Shown here in pieces: positions 1 through 8,053 of a stretch of 64,000 nt of DNA. The position numbers and the translations under genes are program-made. The first letter of the stretch is position 1; every line of letters starts with the position of its first letter. This DNA comes from Parcubacteria bacterium DG_74_3 (GTDB lineage Bacteria; Patescibacteriota; Minisyncoccia; Minisyncoccales; DG-74-3). The stretch lies in the NCBI GenBank assembly GCA_001302985.1, contig LJNG01000002.1:7164-71163 (forward strand), in the 5' to 3' direction. Under the pieces are notes generated by a model. The model worked only from the letters and a program-made list of their open reading frames with translations, did not search any database and was not told the origin of the DNA.

Positions 1-167
1 GCCCAGACCATAGTTGCTGGCAAAACAAAGAAAATTGCAGCTAGTATTCCCTCTGTCCATTTTTTTTGGGATAGAACATAAGCAAAAATAACTGGCCAGG
101 TATGCTCATCTGGCGTTAAACCATGAATTAAACCCAATACAAAAATCGAAAGTAATGAATATTCCAT
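1..167 (-). CDS. Partial membrane protein, NicO/UreH/RcnA-like Ni/Co transporter family (runs off the window start)
   Basis: Not in the ORF track. Hand translation from the ATG at 167 gives MEYSLLSIFVLGLIHGLTPDEHTWPVIFAYV..., a hydrophobic helix with a GLxHxxxPD(E)H-type motif. Confidence 0.6.
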   Translation of the reverse strand, partial: MEYSLLSIFVLGLIHGLTPDEHTWPVIFAYVLSQKKWTEGILAAIFFVLPATMVW

Positions 168-174
168 CTTAAAA

Positions 175-453
175 TTATTTTTTCTGTATCTTAATTGCCT
201 TTCCCTCAACCAGGGCTTCTGTTACTTTTTTCCGAGCCGAAGTTAGAATTCTCTGGAGAGTGCTCTGAGAAACTTTCATTTTCTTTGCAGCTTCAGTCTG
301 GTCTAAATTTTTAAAATCACAAAGTCGCAGAGATTCCAATTCGTCTACCCTCAATTCCACCTCCTCTAATTCAGAAAGAGGCATTGCTCTTGGTTTAAAA
401 TAAGTAACATTTGGGTCAAAGAAAATTCTTCGCGGCTTGATTGGTCTAACCAT
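175..453 (-). CDS. DUF134/UPF0251 family predicted DNA-binding (HTH) protein
   Basis: MVRPIKPRRI...YFKP, DELESLRLCD, QTEAAKKMKVSQSTLQRIL..ARKKVTEALVEGKAI. Confidence 0.85.
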   Translation of the reverse strand: MVRPIKPRRIFFDPNVTYFKPRAMPLSELEEVELRVDELESLRLCDFKNLDQTEAAKKMKVSQSTLQRILTSARKKVTEALVEGKAIKIQKK

Positions 454-1306
454 ATAACTTATTTAGATTATCAAAAATCTTCTTAATTTCTTTTTTGGCT
501 TTTAAACGAGTTTCCAAAATTGGAGTTAAATTAGAGACAGCTCTAAAAATTTCTTGATCATAAGAAATTTTTCCCAAGAGTTTTGATTTGGCCCATTTTT
601 CCATCTTATTACTTAATGGCAAATTTATGTCCCATTTATTAATTACCAGACCCCAGGGAATTTTAAAATGTTCCACAACCATTAAAACTCTTTTTAAGTC
701 AGAAAATCCAGAGGGAGTTGGTTCTGAAATTAAAACCACAAAATCAGCTCCCTGTAAAGAAGCGATAACCGGACAACCTGTTCCCGGCGCTGAATCTAAA
801 ACCATAACCTCATGGTTAAGCTTTTCTGCTTCTTTTTTTATTTCAGTTACCACCTTCCCAGAACCTGACTCTCCTGGATAAAGTTGACCTGAAACTAAAG
901 GAAAACCATATTTTGTTTTTTTAATTCTTATTTCTCCGTTTTGAACCGGTTTTAAGATTATGGCTTTTTGCGGGCAGATAATCTCACAGGCACCGCAACC
1001 TTCACAAAGAAACCTGTTTAATTTTGGTTTATTGTTAACCATTTCTAAAGCTTCAAAGCGACAATTTTTTACACACAAACCACAACCGTTACACTTTTTA
1101 TAATCAATCTCTGGTCTGGCTGAAGTTATAACTTTAATAATTTTTTCCCACTCCCCTATTTCGTTTAACCAAATGTTTAGATTGGGGGCATCGGCATCAC
1201 AATCTACAGCTACTATTTTCTTTTTTTTATTAAATAGCATAGCCAAAGCTGAAACCAACATTGATTTTCCTACTCCCCCCTTTCCTGAAGCAATTACAAT
1301 TTTCAT
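446..1306 (-). CDS. MinD/CbiA-like P-loop ATPase with inserted 2x[4Fe-4S] ferredoxin domain
   Basis: SGKGGVGKS, DCDADAPN, two CxxCxxCxxxC motifs, DSAPGTGCPV, EPTPSG. Confidence 0.85.
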   Translation of the reverse strand: MKIVIASGKGGVGKSMLVSALAMLFNKKKKIVAVDCDADAPNLNIWLNEIGEWEKIIKVITSARPEIDYKKCNGCGLCVKNCRFEALEMVNNKPKLNRFLCEGCGACEIICPQKAIILKPVQNGEIRIKKTKYGFPLVSGQLYPGESGSGKVVTEIKKEAEKLNHEVMVLDSAPGTGCPVIASLQGADFVVLISEPTPSGFSDLKRVLMVVEHFKIPWGLVINKWDINLPLSNKMEKWAKSKLLGKISYDQEIFRAVSNLTPILETRLKAKKEIKKIFDNLNKLYG

Positions 1307-2070
1307 TTTTTTCTAAATACCAGGGAAATTAAAAATATGAAAGAGGCAATTAAAATAATTAGGGGGCCTGCTGGTAAGCCTAAGGATTTGAAAAGCAAAA
1401 TACCTATTGCACAAGAAAGAGCCCCAATTATTAAAGAGCCATAAGAATACTGAAATAAATTGCGAGCAATGTTGCGAGCTGCAGCTGCCGGAGTAATGAC
1501 CAGGGCTCCCATTAAAAGGGAACCTGTTACTTTAATACCAAAAGCCACGATAAGAGCAATACAAATAAGGTAAATGAGGTTATATTTTTTCACTTCAACG
1601 TGCTCAACATACGCTAATTCTTCAGAAAGATTAATTAAAATCATCTGAGAAAAAATGTTTCTCAAAATCAAAAAAACCATTAGCGACAGAATCACCGAAA
1701 TGAAAGTGTCAGATAGATTTATTTGAGAAATATCACCAACTAAAGCTGTTGAAACTTCGCTTTCTGGCAAAAACAAAAAGGCAATGGCTACAGAGGCCGT
1801 AAAAACAATTCCAGTTAAAGCTTCCATTGGTAATTTTGTCTTCATCTCAAGAAACCAGATCAAAACAATCCCCAAAGCTAAACAAGGAAGAGCGCCCCAA
1901 GAAACATTAAATCCATAAATTAAGGCCAAAGCTACTCCGGGCAGAGCCACGTGTCCTAAAGCATCACCAACCAAAGCCATTCTTTTTGTAATCATTAAAG
2001 AACCCAGAAAGCCTGCTGTTCCGCCCACAAAAATACCCACTATTAAACTATAAAATAATTGAAGATCCAT
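1303..2070 (-). CDS. Metal (Zn/Mn) ABC transporter permease, ZnuB family
   Basis: KRMALVGDALGHVALPG, VGDI, GSLLMGALVITPAAAAR; multiple TM helices. Confidence 0.85.
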   Translation of the reverse strand: MDLQLFYSLIVGIFVGGTAGFLGSLMITKRMALVGDALGHVALPGVALALIYGFNVSWGALPCLALGIVLIWFLEMKTKLPMEALTGIVFTASVAIAFLFLPESEVSTALVGDISQINLSDTFISVILSLMVFLILRNIFSQMILINLSEELAYVEHVEVKKYNLIYLICIALIVAFGIKVTGSLLMGALVITPAAAARNIARNLFQYSYGSLIIGALSCAIGILLFKSLGLPAGPLIILIASFIFLISLVFRKK

Positions 2071-2725
2071 AAATTTTAGCTAAATTATGCGGGGTAATAA
2101 CTTTTTCTGGTGGGCCAAAAAATAATTTTCTTTTGTTTATAGCCAGAACCCTATCTGCCTTCTTAACAATCTCTCCTATCTCGTGGCTTACTAAAATAAT
2201 ACTCTGTCCTTGCTCTGCCCAGGTTTTTTCTAGAGAGTCATGGATTGTTTCTCTACCGTGAATATCAATACCAACCATCGGCTCGTCTAAAAGAATGACG
2301 TCTGGCAAGTCTGCCATCACCCAGGCAATAAGAATCCTTCTCAATTGGCCAGAAGAAAGGGTTCCCAATTTCTTTTTTAAAAATTTTTCTGAGGTCTCCA
2401 TACCCACATAATTTAGGGCTGTTAAAATTTGCTTTTGAGAAACCTTTTTAAAACGGAAAAATTCTTTCACGCTTAAGGGTAAAGTTGAAGAAACAAAAAA
2501 CTCTTCCGGGACATAACCAACATGAATGTCTTTCTTCCATTGAATTTCACCATTAAAAGGCATCAATCCCAATAAAGTTCTTAAGAGAACGCTTTTCCCG
2601 GCTCCATTTGGTCCTAAAATAATTAAAATTTCTTTTTCTTTTAAGTCAAAACTTAAATCTTCTAACACTTTTTCTCCGCCCAGTTCTACGTTTAGGTTTT
2701 TTGCGCTTAAAACTAAATTTGGCAT
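2048..2725 (-). CDS. Metal ABC transporter ATP-binding protein, ZnuC family
   Basis: Walker A GPNGAGKS, VGYVPE, signature LSSGQ, Walker B LLDEP, H-loop SHE. Confidence 0.85.
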   Translation of the reverse strand: MPNLVLSAKNLNVELGGEKVLEDLSFDLKEKEILIILGPNGAGKSVLLRTLLGLMPFNGEIQWKKDIHVGYVPEEFFVSSTLPLSVKEFFRFKKVSQKQILTALNYVGMETSEKFLKKKLGTLSSGQLRRILIAWVMADLPDVILLDEPMVGIDIHGRETIHDSLEKTWAEQGQSIILVSHEIGEIVKKADRVLAINKRKLFFGPPEKVITPHNLAKIYGSSIIL

Positions 2726-3579
2726 AATTGAAAGTTGAGCAATTTGCCCTTTGAATAAGCCTCAACTAGTCTTTTAGAATAAGGAATTTCTTTTTCGATT
2801 TTTGTCTTAAATTTTTTAACTATTTTCTTAACTCCTTTTTTATCTCCCAAATCTGCCTGATTTAAAATCACTTTAGCTGAAACTTTTAATTTTTGGCACA
2901 AATCCAAAATCAAATTTAAATCATGAGTTCCCATTGGGGTGGGTTCGGTAACGCAAAAAGCTAAATCAGAACCCAAAAGAGCCGTAATTACCGGACAATG
3001 GGTACCAGGAGCTGTATCAAACAAAACGATTTCTGCTTTTATTTTTCTTGCAAATTTGAGAGCAAATTTTTTTGTCTGAGTTACTATAGGACCTGTTTCT
3101 TCAAGACCTGGATTAGCAGCCCCCGTAATTAACCAGAAATTATCTTTCATTTTATTGAAAAAAATCTGCCCTACTTCTTCTTTTTCGGGTTTAATAGCTC
3201 CAAAAGGACAAACTAACCAACAAGCTCCACAAGCTGAACATAATTCCTTAATAAAGACTGGATGTTCTCCAGGAGCCTGGAAAATAGCATTGCTTCGACA
3301 GGTTTTAGCACATAACCCACATTTCGTACATTTTTCTTTAATCAATTTTGGGAACTCAGCATAGACTCTCTCGCGAGGCTTTCCTAATTTTTGACCCAAA
3401 AGCAGATAATCGTTCGGACATTCAACATCACAATCTACAAGAACAATTCTTTTATTCTTTCTAATAAATTTATTTGCAAATAAAACAGCAACGGTGCTTT
3501 TCCCAGTACCCCCTTTTCCACCGGTGATGACGAATTTCTTTAATTTCTGAGTCCTATGTTTTAATTTTTGCTTTTTCAT
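2713..3579 (-). CDS. MinD/CbiA-like P-loop ATPase with inserted 2x[4Fe-4S] ferredoxin domain (paralog of 446-1306)
   Basis: GGKGGTGKST, DCDVECPN, CTKCGLCAKTC, CSACGACWLVCP, DTAPGTHCPV, EPTPMG. Confidence 0.85.
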   Translation of the reverse strand: MKKQKLKHRTQKLKKFVITGGKGGTGKSTVAVLFANKFIRKNKRIVLVDCDVECPNDYLLLGQKLGKPRERVYAEFPKLIKEKCTKCGLCAKTCRSNAIFQAPGEHPVFIKELCSACGACWLVCPFGAIKPEKEEVGQIFFNKMKDNFWLITGAANPGLEETGPIVTQTKKFALKFARKIKAEIVLFDTAPGTHCPVITALLGSDLAFCVTEPTPMGTHDLNLILDLCQKLKVSAKVILNQADLGDKKGVKKIVKKFKTKIEKEIPYSKRLVEAYSKGKLLNFQLCQI

Positions 3580-3917
3580 TAGTAAATATCTTGTTTTTCT
3601 AATTGACGAAGTTCTCCTCTTTCGAATGCCTTTATGTTTTCTAAAATATTTTTTTCAATAGCTTTATATAGTTTAATTCCATATTGTTTGAATTTATCAA
3701 AAGCCTTTGGGCCTAGACTAAAAGCTATGACAACATTTACACCAAATCGGTTCAAAAGGTCAGGTGGCAATTCTTCTTTACCAAAGAATTCTGGATTTTG
3801 ATGAACCTTAAATTTTTTTGTTTTAATATCGTAAATTAAGTAATTTTCAGCCCTGCCAAAATGGAAAGCTATTTTTGCTTCCAAGTTTTTTCCATTTGTA
3901 GCTGAAGCAATTTGCAT
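3579..3917 (-). CDS. NifB/NifX family Fe-Mo cofactor-binding domain protein
   Basis: HFGRAENYLIYD, VVIAFSLGPKAF. Confidence 0.8.
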   Translation of the reverse strand: MQIASATNGKNLEAKIAFHFGRAENYLIYDIKTKKFKVHQNPEFFGKEELPPDLLNRFGVNVVIAFSLGPKAFDKFKQYGIKLYKAIEKNILENIKAFERGELRQLEKQDIY

Positions 3918-3932
3918 CTTGATATCTTCTAA

Positions 3933-5180
3933 TTATTCTTTTTTTTGAGTGGGTACTTCTAATTTAATTAATCTATCTTCAAAAAAAGCTTTTATTATTT
4001 CATTGATATTACCACTTTCTGCTTTATATATCTCAACCAAATTATCCCTTAAAGTATGAAAAGATATAGGACCAATTTCTTTTGTAATTAAAATATCTGG
4101 GTTTTCTTCTAATAAAAACCTGACTACTGCCAGACCTGCTCTGACTTCTTTTTCTTTAAAAGGATTAGCTCGAAAATTTAAAGATTCGGTTTTCTTTCCT
4201 TTCACTTTCAATGTGGCAAAAAATTCAGCTCTACCAAAGCGGTTATCAATTTGAGAATCAAATTCTTTTTTTTCTTTAATTGGAATAACAACTTTTTGTT
4301 CCAATTTTTTGAAGGGCTCCACATGAACAATAAGAGATTCTAATTGAGGAACATTGCTTTTAACCTCTCGCTCTATTTTATCTGCAATTTCGTGAGCTCT
4401 TTCAACCTCTAAAAATTTTTTCACCCGAATTGTTACTTGACCAAAAATAAAAGGGCCCGATTTTCGCAATCTGATATCAGAAAACTCCTCCACCCTAGGG
4501 ATAGATTCCAAAATACCTTTGATTTTCTTTTCTACCGCTTTACTGGGACTTACATCCATCAAAGAAAAGCCCGCATCCCTTAAGGACTCAAGACCAACCC
4601 TAAAAACAAGTAGGGCAAGTAAAATACCCACGATTCCTTCTATTCTCGGAATTCCCCAATAAGAAGTTAAAATTCCCAGAACCACTAATGAAGAAGAAAT
4701 AATATGGGTTTTTGACTCTTTACCGTCTGCAATCAAGCTTTGAGAGTTTATCTCTCTGCCCACTTTTTCTTCATACCTACCTAAAAAATAAATAGAAATT
4801 GCATCCAAAACAGCTACTCCCAAAGCAATATATGGAATCTTTAAAGTATAAACAGTAAATATTCTCTGATAGCTTTCTTTTGCAATTTCAAAGCCAATAT
4901 ATAAAATTAAAACAGAAACAATCAGGGCAACAAGAGTTTCTGCTTTATAGAATCCATAAGGAAACTTTTTGGTTGGCTTTCTTTGAGAAATTTTAAAGCC
5001 CAACCAAACCAAAAGAATTTCAAAAACATCCCCAATGCTGTGAAGGGCGTCGGATAAAAGAGCTATACTGCCCGACGCTAAACCAGCCAGAGTCTTAGCT
5101 CCGGCAAATAAAAACACAACAAAGGCGACTTTTTTTGAGGTTGCTTCCCCCTTTTTTAGTATCTCTTTCGTAGTCATCAA
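3933..5180 (-). CDS. Cation diffusion facilitator (FieF-like) fused to a C-terminal NifB/NifX domain
   Basis: SIALLSDALHS, FPYGFYKAE, AHEIADKIE..VHVEP, then RFGRAEFF...IGPISF. Confidence 0.85.
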   Translation of the reverse strand: MMTTKEILKKGEATSKKVAFVVFLFAGAKTLAGLASGSIALLSDALHSIGDVFEILLVWLGFKISQRKPTKKFPYGFYKAETLVALIVSVLILYIGFEIAKESYQRIFTVYTLKIPYIALGVAVLDAISIYFLGRYEEKVGREINSQSLIADGKESKTHIISSSLVVLGILTSYWGIPRIEGIVGILLALLVFRVGLESLRDAGFSLMDVSPSKAVEKKIKGILESIPRVEEFSDIRLRKSGPFIFGQVTIRVKKFLEVERAHEIADKIEREVKSNVPQLESLIVHVEPFKKLEQKVVIPIKEKKEFDSQIDNRFGRAEFFATLKVKGKKTESLNFRANPFKEKEVRAGLAVVRFLLEENPDILITKEIGPISFHTLRDNLVEIYKAESGNINEIIKAFFEDRLIKLEVPTQKKE

Positions 5181-5194
5181 TAAAAAGATTCAAT

Positions 5195-5614
5195 TTATGG
5201 CCCTCTTCGTCTCTTCCGATATTTTCGGCCCGGGCCGAAACCTCCTCCTTGAAAACCGAAGCCAGGGGGGGTAGTAGTAGGTTTTTTCATTTCTTTCAAT
5301 TCTCCCTTTTGATATTTTTCTACAGCCTCTTTAGCCGTTATTCCCACAATAGGATAAAGTTTTACTCCTGACATTTGTAAAAAGGCAGCAGCATTGGGGC
5401 CAAAATTGCCCGCAATTATAGCCTCAATCTTTTCTGAGACAATTATTTGACTGGTTGCTACTCCGGCTCCTCGAAAAGCTTGAATTCCGGGATTTGGAAT
5501 AGATTTAAGCTCTTTTTTTTCTAAATCGAAAATTAAAAGAAAGGGCGCCCTCCCAAAGACGAGTGAGATTTGGGAATCTAAATCCGAGCCCATTGCGCAA
5601 ATAGCAATTTTCAT
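5195..5614 (-). CDS. NifB/NifX family protein with Pro-rich linker and Gly/Arg/aromatic tail (IssA-like architecture)
   Basis: FGRAPFLLIFD, GAGVATSQ, AGNFGPNA; tail PTTTPPGFGFQGGGFGPGRKYRKRRRGP. Confidence 0.8.
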   Translation of the reverse strand: MKIAICAMGSDLDSQISLVFGRAPFLLIFDLEKKELKSIPNPGIQAFRGAGVATSQIIVSEKIEAIIAGNFGPNAAAFLQMSGVKLYPIVGITAKEAVEKYQKGELKEMKKPTTTPPGFGFQGGGFGPGRKYRKRRRGP

Positions 5615-5628
5615 AAAATTATAATACT

Positions 5629-5856
5629 TTAACGAACCCTACTCATAGAACCACCACATTGAGGGCATTTTTGGCTGTAGCAAGGTATTCCTCTTCTATG
5701 AGGAATTTTGGTGTTGCAATTAGGACAAACACATTCTCCTTCTGGGCCTAATCCAAAACCACCGGGTTGTCGACCACGGCCACCGCGACCAGGGGCTCGG
5801 AATTTCCCTCCGGTAGGTAAATCAGGAGGGGGTGGGCCTTTTCTGTTTGCCATCAT
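5629..5856 (-). CDS. Small Gly/Arg-rich protein with Cys-rich metal-binding domain
   Basis: GRGGRGRQPGGFG followed by CVCPNC..H.RGIPC....CPQCG. Confidence 0.75.
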   Translation of the reverse strand: MMANRKGPPPPDLPTGGKFRAPGRGGRGRQPGGFGLGPEGECVCPNCNTKIPHRRGIPCYSQKCPQCGGSMSRVR

Positions 5857-5861
5857 AGAAT

Positions 5862-6218
5862 TTACTTTTTCTTTTCTAATCCCCTAATCCTCTCTTCAAT
5901 TGCCTTCATTGTTTCTCTTAAAGCCTTCAGTTCCTCAGAAAGAATTTCTTTTTCTTCTTTTAACATCTCTTTTTCTTCTTTTGCTGTGGGGGGTTGAGCG
6001 GAATAAGGAAAATCAGGGTAACCCCAATAAGGATCCCAACCTCGTCTCCATCCTCTGCCCCAACCTCCACCCCATCCCCGACGCCAAGCCATTCCTCTTC
6101 CCCAACCCCTTCCAATTGGGTTCATATAGCCCGGGTGAGGGTAACCCGCACAATACCCAAATCCCCTTCCTGTCATTGGTCCTAAGCCCATAGGGCCTGT
6201 TCTATCTCCGCGTGGCAT
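5862..6218 (-). CDS. DUF5320-like Gly/Arg/Trp-rich protein with C-terminal coiled coil
   Basis: MPRGDRTGPMGLGPMTGRGFGYC, GRGW repeats, EKEMLKEE..L..L heptads. Confidence 0.8.
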   Translation of the reverse strand: MPRGDRTGPMGLGPMTGRGFGYCAGYPHPGYMNPIGRGWGRGMAWRRGWGGGWGRGWRRGWDPYWGYPDFPYSAQPPTAKEEKEMLKEEKEILSEELKALRETMKAIEERIRGLEKKK

Positions 6219-6302
6219 ATTGTTTAAATTTCTTAATTATTACTATCTAATACTTTCGACCTTTACCCCGTAGGTAAATTTGTCTATTCTACCGGGTTTA
6301 TA

Positions 6303-6336
6303 TTATGAGTATATACCCATAACCATTTATTGTCAA
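6303..6336 (-). promoter_or_regulatory. Sigma70 promoter of the metal/Fe-S operon with overlapping 20-bp palindromic operator
   Basis: Minus strand TTGACA (6336-6331), 17 nt, TATACT (6313-6308). Palindrome TTATGAGTATATACCCATAA at 6303-6322. Confidence 0.75.
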
Positions 6337-6962
6337 GTCCACTCTGTTCTTTTTTTGTTAAATAAATAAATTAAGAGCAAACCAGTTAAAAAACCACCGA
6401 TGTGGCCCCAGTAAGCGATAAATGGGTCAGAGCCCAAATAGATAAATTGATACAAAAACCAGATACCAATATAAATTAGAGCTGGAATGCTTATAATGCG
6501 CCAAAACCAAAGCATTGGCACCAAAGCCCTTATATTATGATGAGGAAAAAGAATTAGGTAACCTGCTAAAACCCCAGAAATGGCTCCTGAGGCGCCAATC
6601 ACGGGAATAGATTTGTCTGGAGCGGTAAGAGAATAAAGCAAGCTACCCCCGATACCAGATAAAAAATAGAAAAATAAAAATTTTATTTTTCCCAGATAAT
6701 TCTCAAGATTGTCTCCAAATATCCATAAAAACCACATATTTCCAAAAAGGTGCAAAAAGTCTCCGTGAAGAAACATTGAAGAAAATAAAGAAAAAAGCGC
6801 TTGCCCCTGTAAAAATAGGACTGGAAAGAAACCAAAAGTTTCTATATATGCTTCGAGGTCAGATAAAGAAACAAAAAAGAAAACCACGTTCACGAAAATT
6901 AAAAATATCGTGACCCAGGGAATTTTGCCCAGGGCTCGAGACTCATCATAAAGTGGAAACAT
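6333..6962 (-). CDS. Rhomboid family intramembrane serine protease
   Basis: MFLHG..HLFGNM.FLWIFGDNLE, GASGAISG (catalytic Ser), AYWGHIGGF (catalytic His). Confidence 0.92.
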   Translation of the reverse strand: MFPLYDESRALGKIPWVTIFLIFVNVVFFFVSLSDLEAYIETFGFFPVLFLQGQALFSLFSSMFLHGDFLHLFGNMWFLWIFGDNLENYLGKIKFLFFYFLSGIGGSLLYSLTAPDKSIPVIGASGAISGVLAGYLILFPHHNIRALVPMLWFWRIISIPALIYIGIWFLYQFIYLGSDPFIAYWGHIGGFLTGLLLIYLFNKKRTEWT

Positions 6963-7045
6963 TTAACAGGTTTATTATGTTTTAGGCGCTTTTATACCAA
7001 CGAAACCGTGTTTTGCGGCTCTTGGCGTTGGTTATTTTAACCTTT

Positions 7046-7327
7046 CTATTCTGTTAATTCTTCAATTTCTCTTTTCCCCTCTTCTAATTCTTTCACCTGC
7101 TCTGAATCTTTCTTTAACAAGAGGGCCTGAAATTCTCCCACATGGGTTTTTTCTTCCTTGGCTATGTCCAGAAGAATTTTCTTAATGTGTTCATTTTCGG
7201 TCATGGCTGCCATTTGTTCATAAAGATTGACGGCGTCCAATTCAGCTATTATTCCCACTCTTAGTATTTCTCTATCCAAATCTTCTTTCTTAATTTTCTC
7301 AAGATTAATAGGTATTTGAGATAACAT
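7046..7327 (-). CDS. Short ferritin-like protein (encapsulin-associated Flp/rubrerythrin-like)
   Basis: IIAELDAVNLYEQ...DIAKEEKTHVGEF (E...ExxH di-iron motif). Confidence 0.8.
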   Translation of the reverse strand: MLSQIPINLEKIKKEDLDREILRVGIIAELDAVNLYEQMAAMTENEHIKKILLDIAKEEKTHVGEFQALLLKKDSEQVKELEEGKREIEELTE

Positions 7328-7360
7328 GTTTTTATTGATGTTTTAAAAAGAGTTGACCTT

Positions 7361-7921
7361 TTATTTTTGTTTAATTTGTTTTTCTTCTTTTTTTATAAAG
7401 GCTCTGCCTCCTTGCCATTGTCCCTTATAAAGATTGGTTTTGCCTTCAATGCGAAGAAAAATCATATTGGCTATTCGAGCTCCCATTTCTATCTCGAAAT
7501 TATTATTTGATAAATTAATTAAGTGAAATCGAAAATTTCCTTTGTATCCTGGATCTACCCTAAAACCCAAAACCAAAACCCCATTAGCAAAAAAGGTACC
7601 CCGGGGAATAAAAATCCCGAAAAGATTTTTAGGGGTATTTATTGTTTCAACCGTCTTTCCAATATAAAAGTTTCCTGGCTCCAATTTTATTTTTTTCTGC
7701 TGGCTGGCTGATTTTACCTTTTCAAATTTAGCCACTAATTTGTAATTCGGGGTTTTTCTGGTCTCTCGGTAAAGAAAACCCCCTCCCTCTTCCATCTCAT
7801 AGATTTCACCTATTCTTAAATCAACCCCGCATCCTTCAAGGTTAATTTCTTTTTTGTCCAAGCCTTCAATAAGTTTTTGCTTCTTTATTAATTCTAATAA
7901 TTTATCTATACCCAAAATCAT
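7361..7921 (-). CDS. dcd: dCTP deaminase/dUTPase family protein
   Basis: GVDLRIG, TVETIN.P, RVDPGYKG, GARIANMIF, Y.GQWQGG. Start reassigned to MILGIDK at 7921. Confidence 0.75.
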   Translation of the reverse strand: MILGIDKLLELIKKQKLIEGLDKKEINLEGCGVDLRIGEIYEMEEGGGFLYRETRKTPNYKLVAKFEKVKSASQQKKIKLEPGNFYIGKTVETINTPKNLFGIFIPRGTFFANGVLVLGFRVDPGYKGNFRFHLINLSNNNFEIEMGARIANMIFLRIEGKTNLYKGQWQGGRAFIKKEEKQIKQK

Positions 7922-8023
7922 AAAAAAATAATACGACGCTTGAATTTTTATATTATATATTTTAACACAAGAAGGGTTTAATATAAACTGAGTAGCCGCC
8001 GTTTTGTAAAAAAAACGAAAAAT

Positions 8024-8047
8024 AAAAAAGCCCAAAATTGGGCTTTT
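8024..8047 (-). terminator. Intrinsic terminator downstream of the Lrp/AsnC-domain gene
   Basis: AAAAGCCCA-AAAT-TGGGCTTTT hairpin with flanking A/T tracts. Confidence 0.6.
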
Positions 8048-8053
8048 GACAAA

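Noticed and set aside
1-6218. Nitrogen fixation or cobalamin synthesis inferred from NifB/NifX and CbiA-like domains
   Set aside because: No nifHDK, radical-SAM NifB or cob enzymes are in the window; these domains are widespread outside those pathways.
7922-8035. Longer starts in the ORF track (dcd 8035; likewise dnaG 14691, groEL 22522, uvrA 25890, ligA 52361, pilN 62324)
   Set aside because: The extensions overlap terminators, neighbouring genes or promoter regions and lack family similarity; downstream starts fit better.
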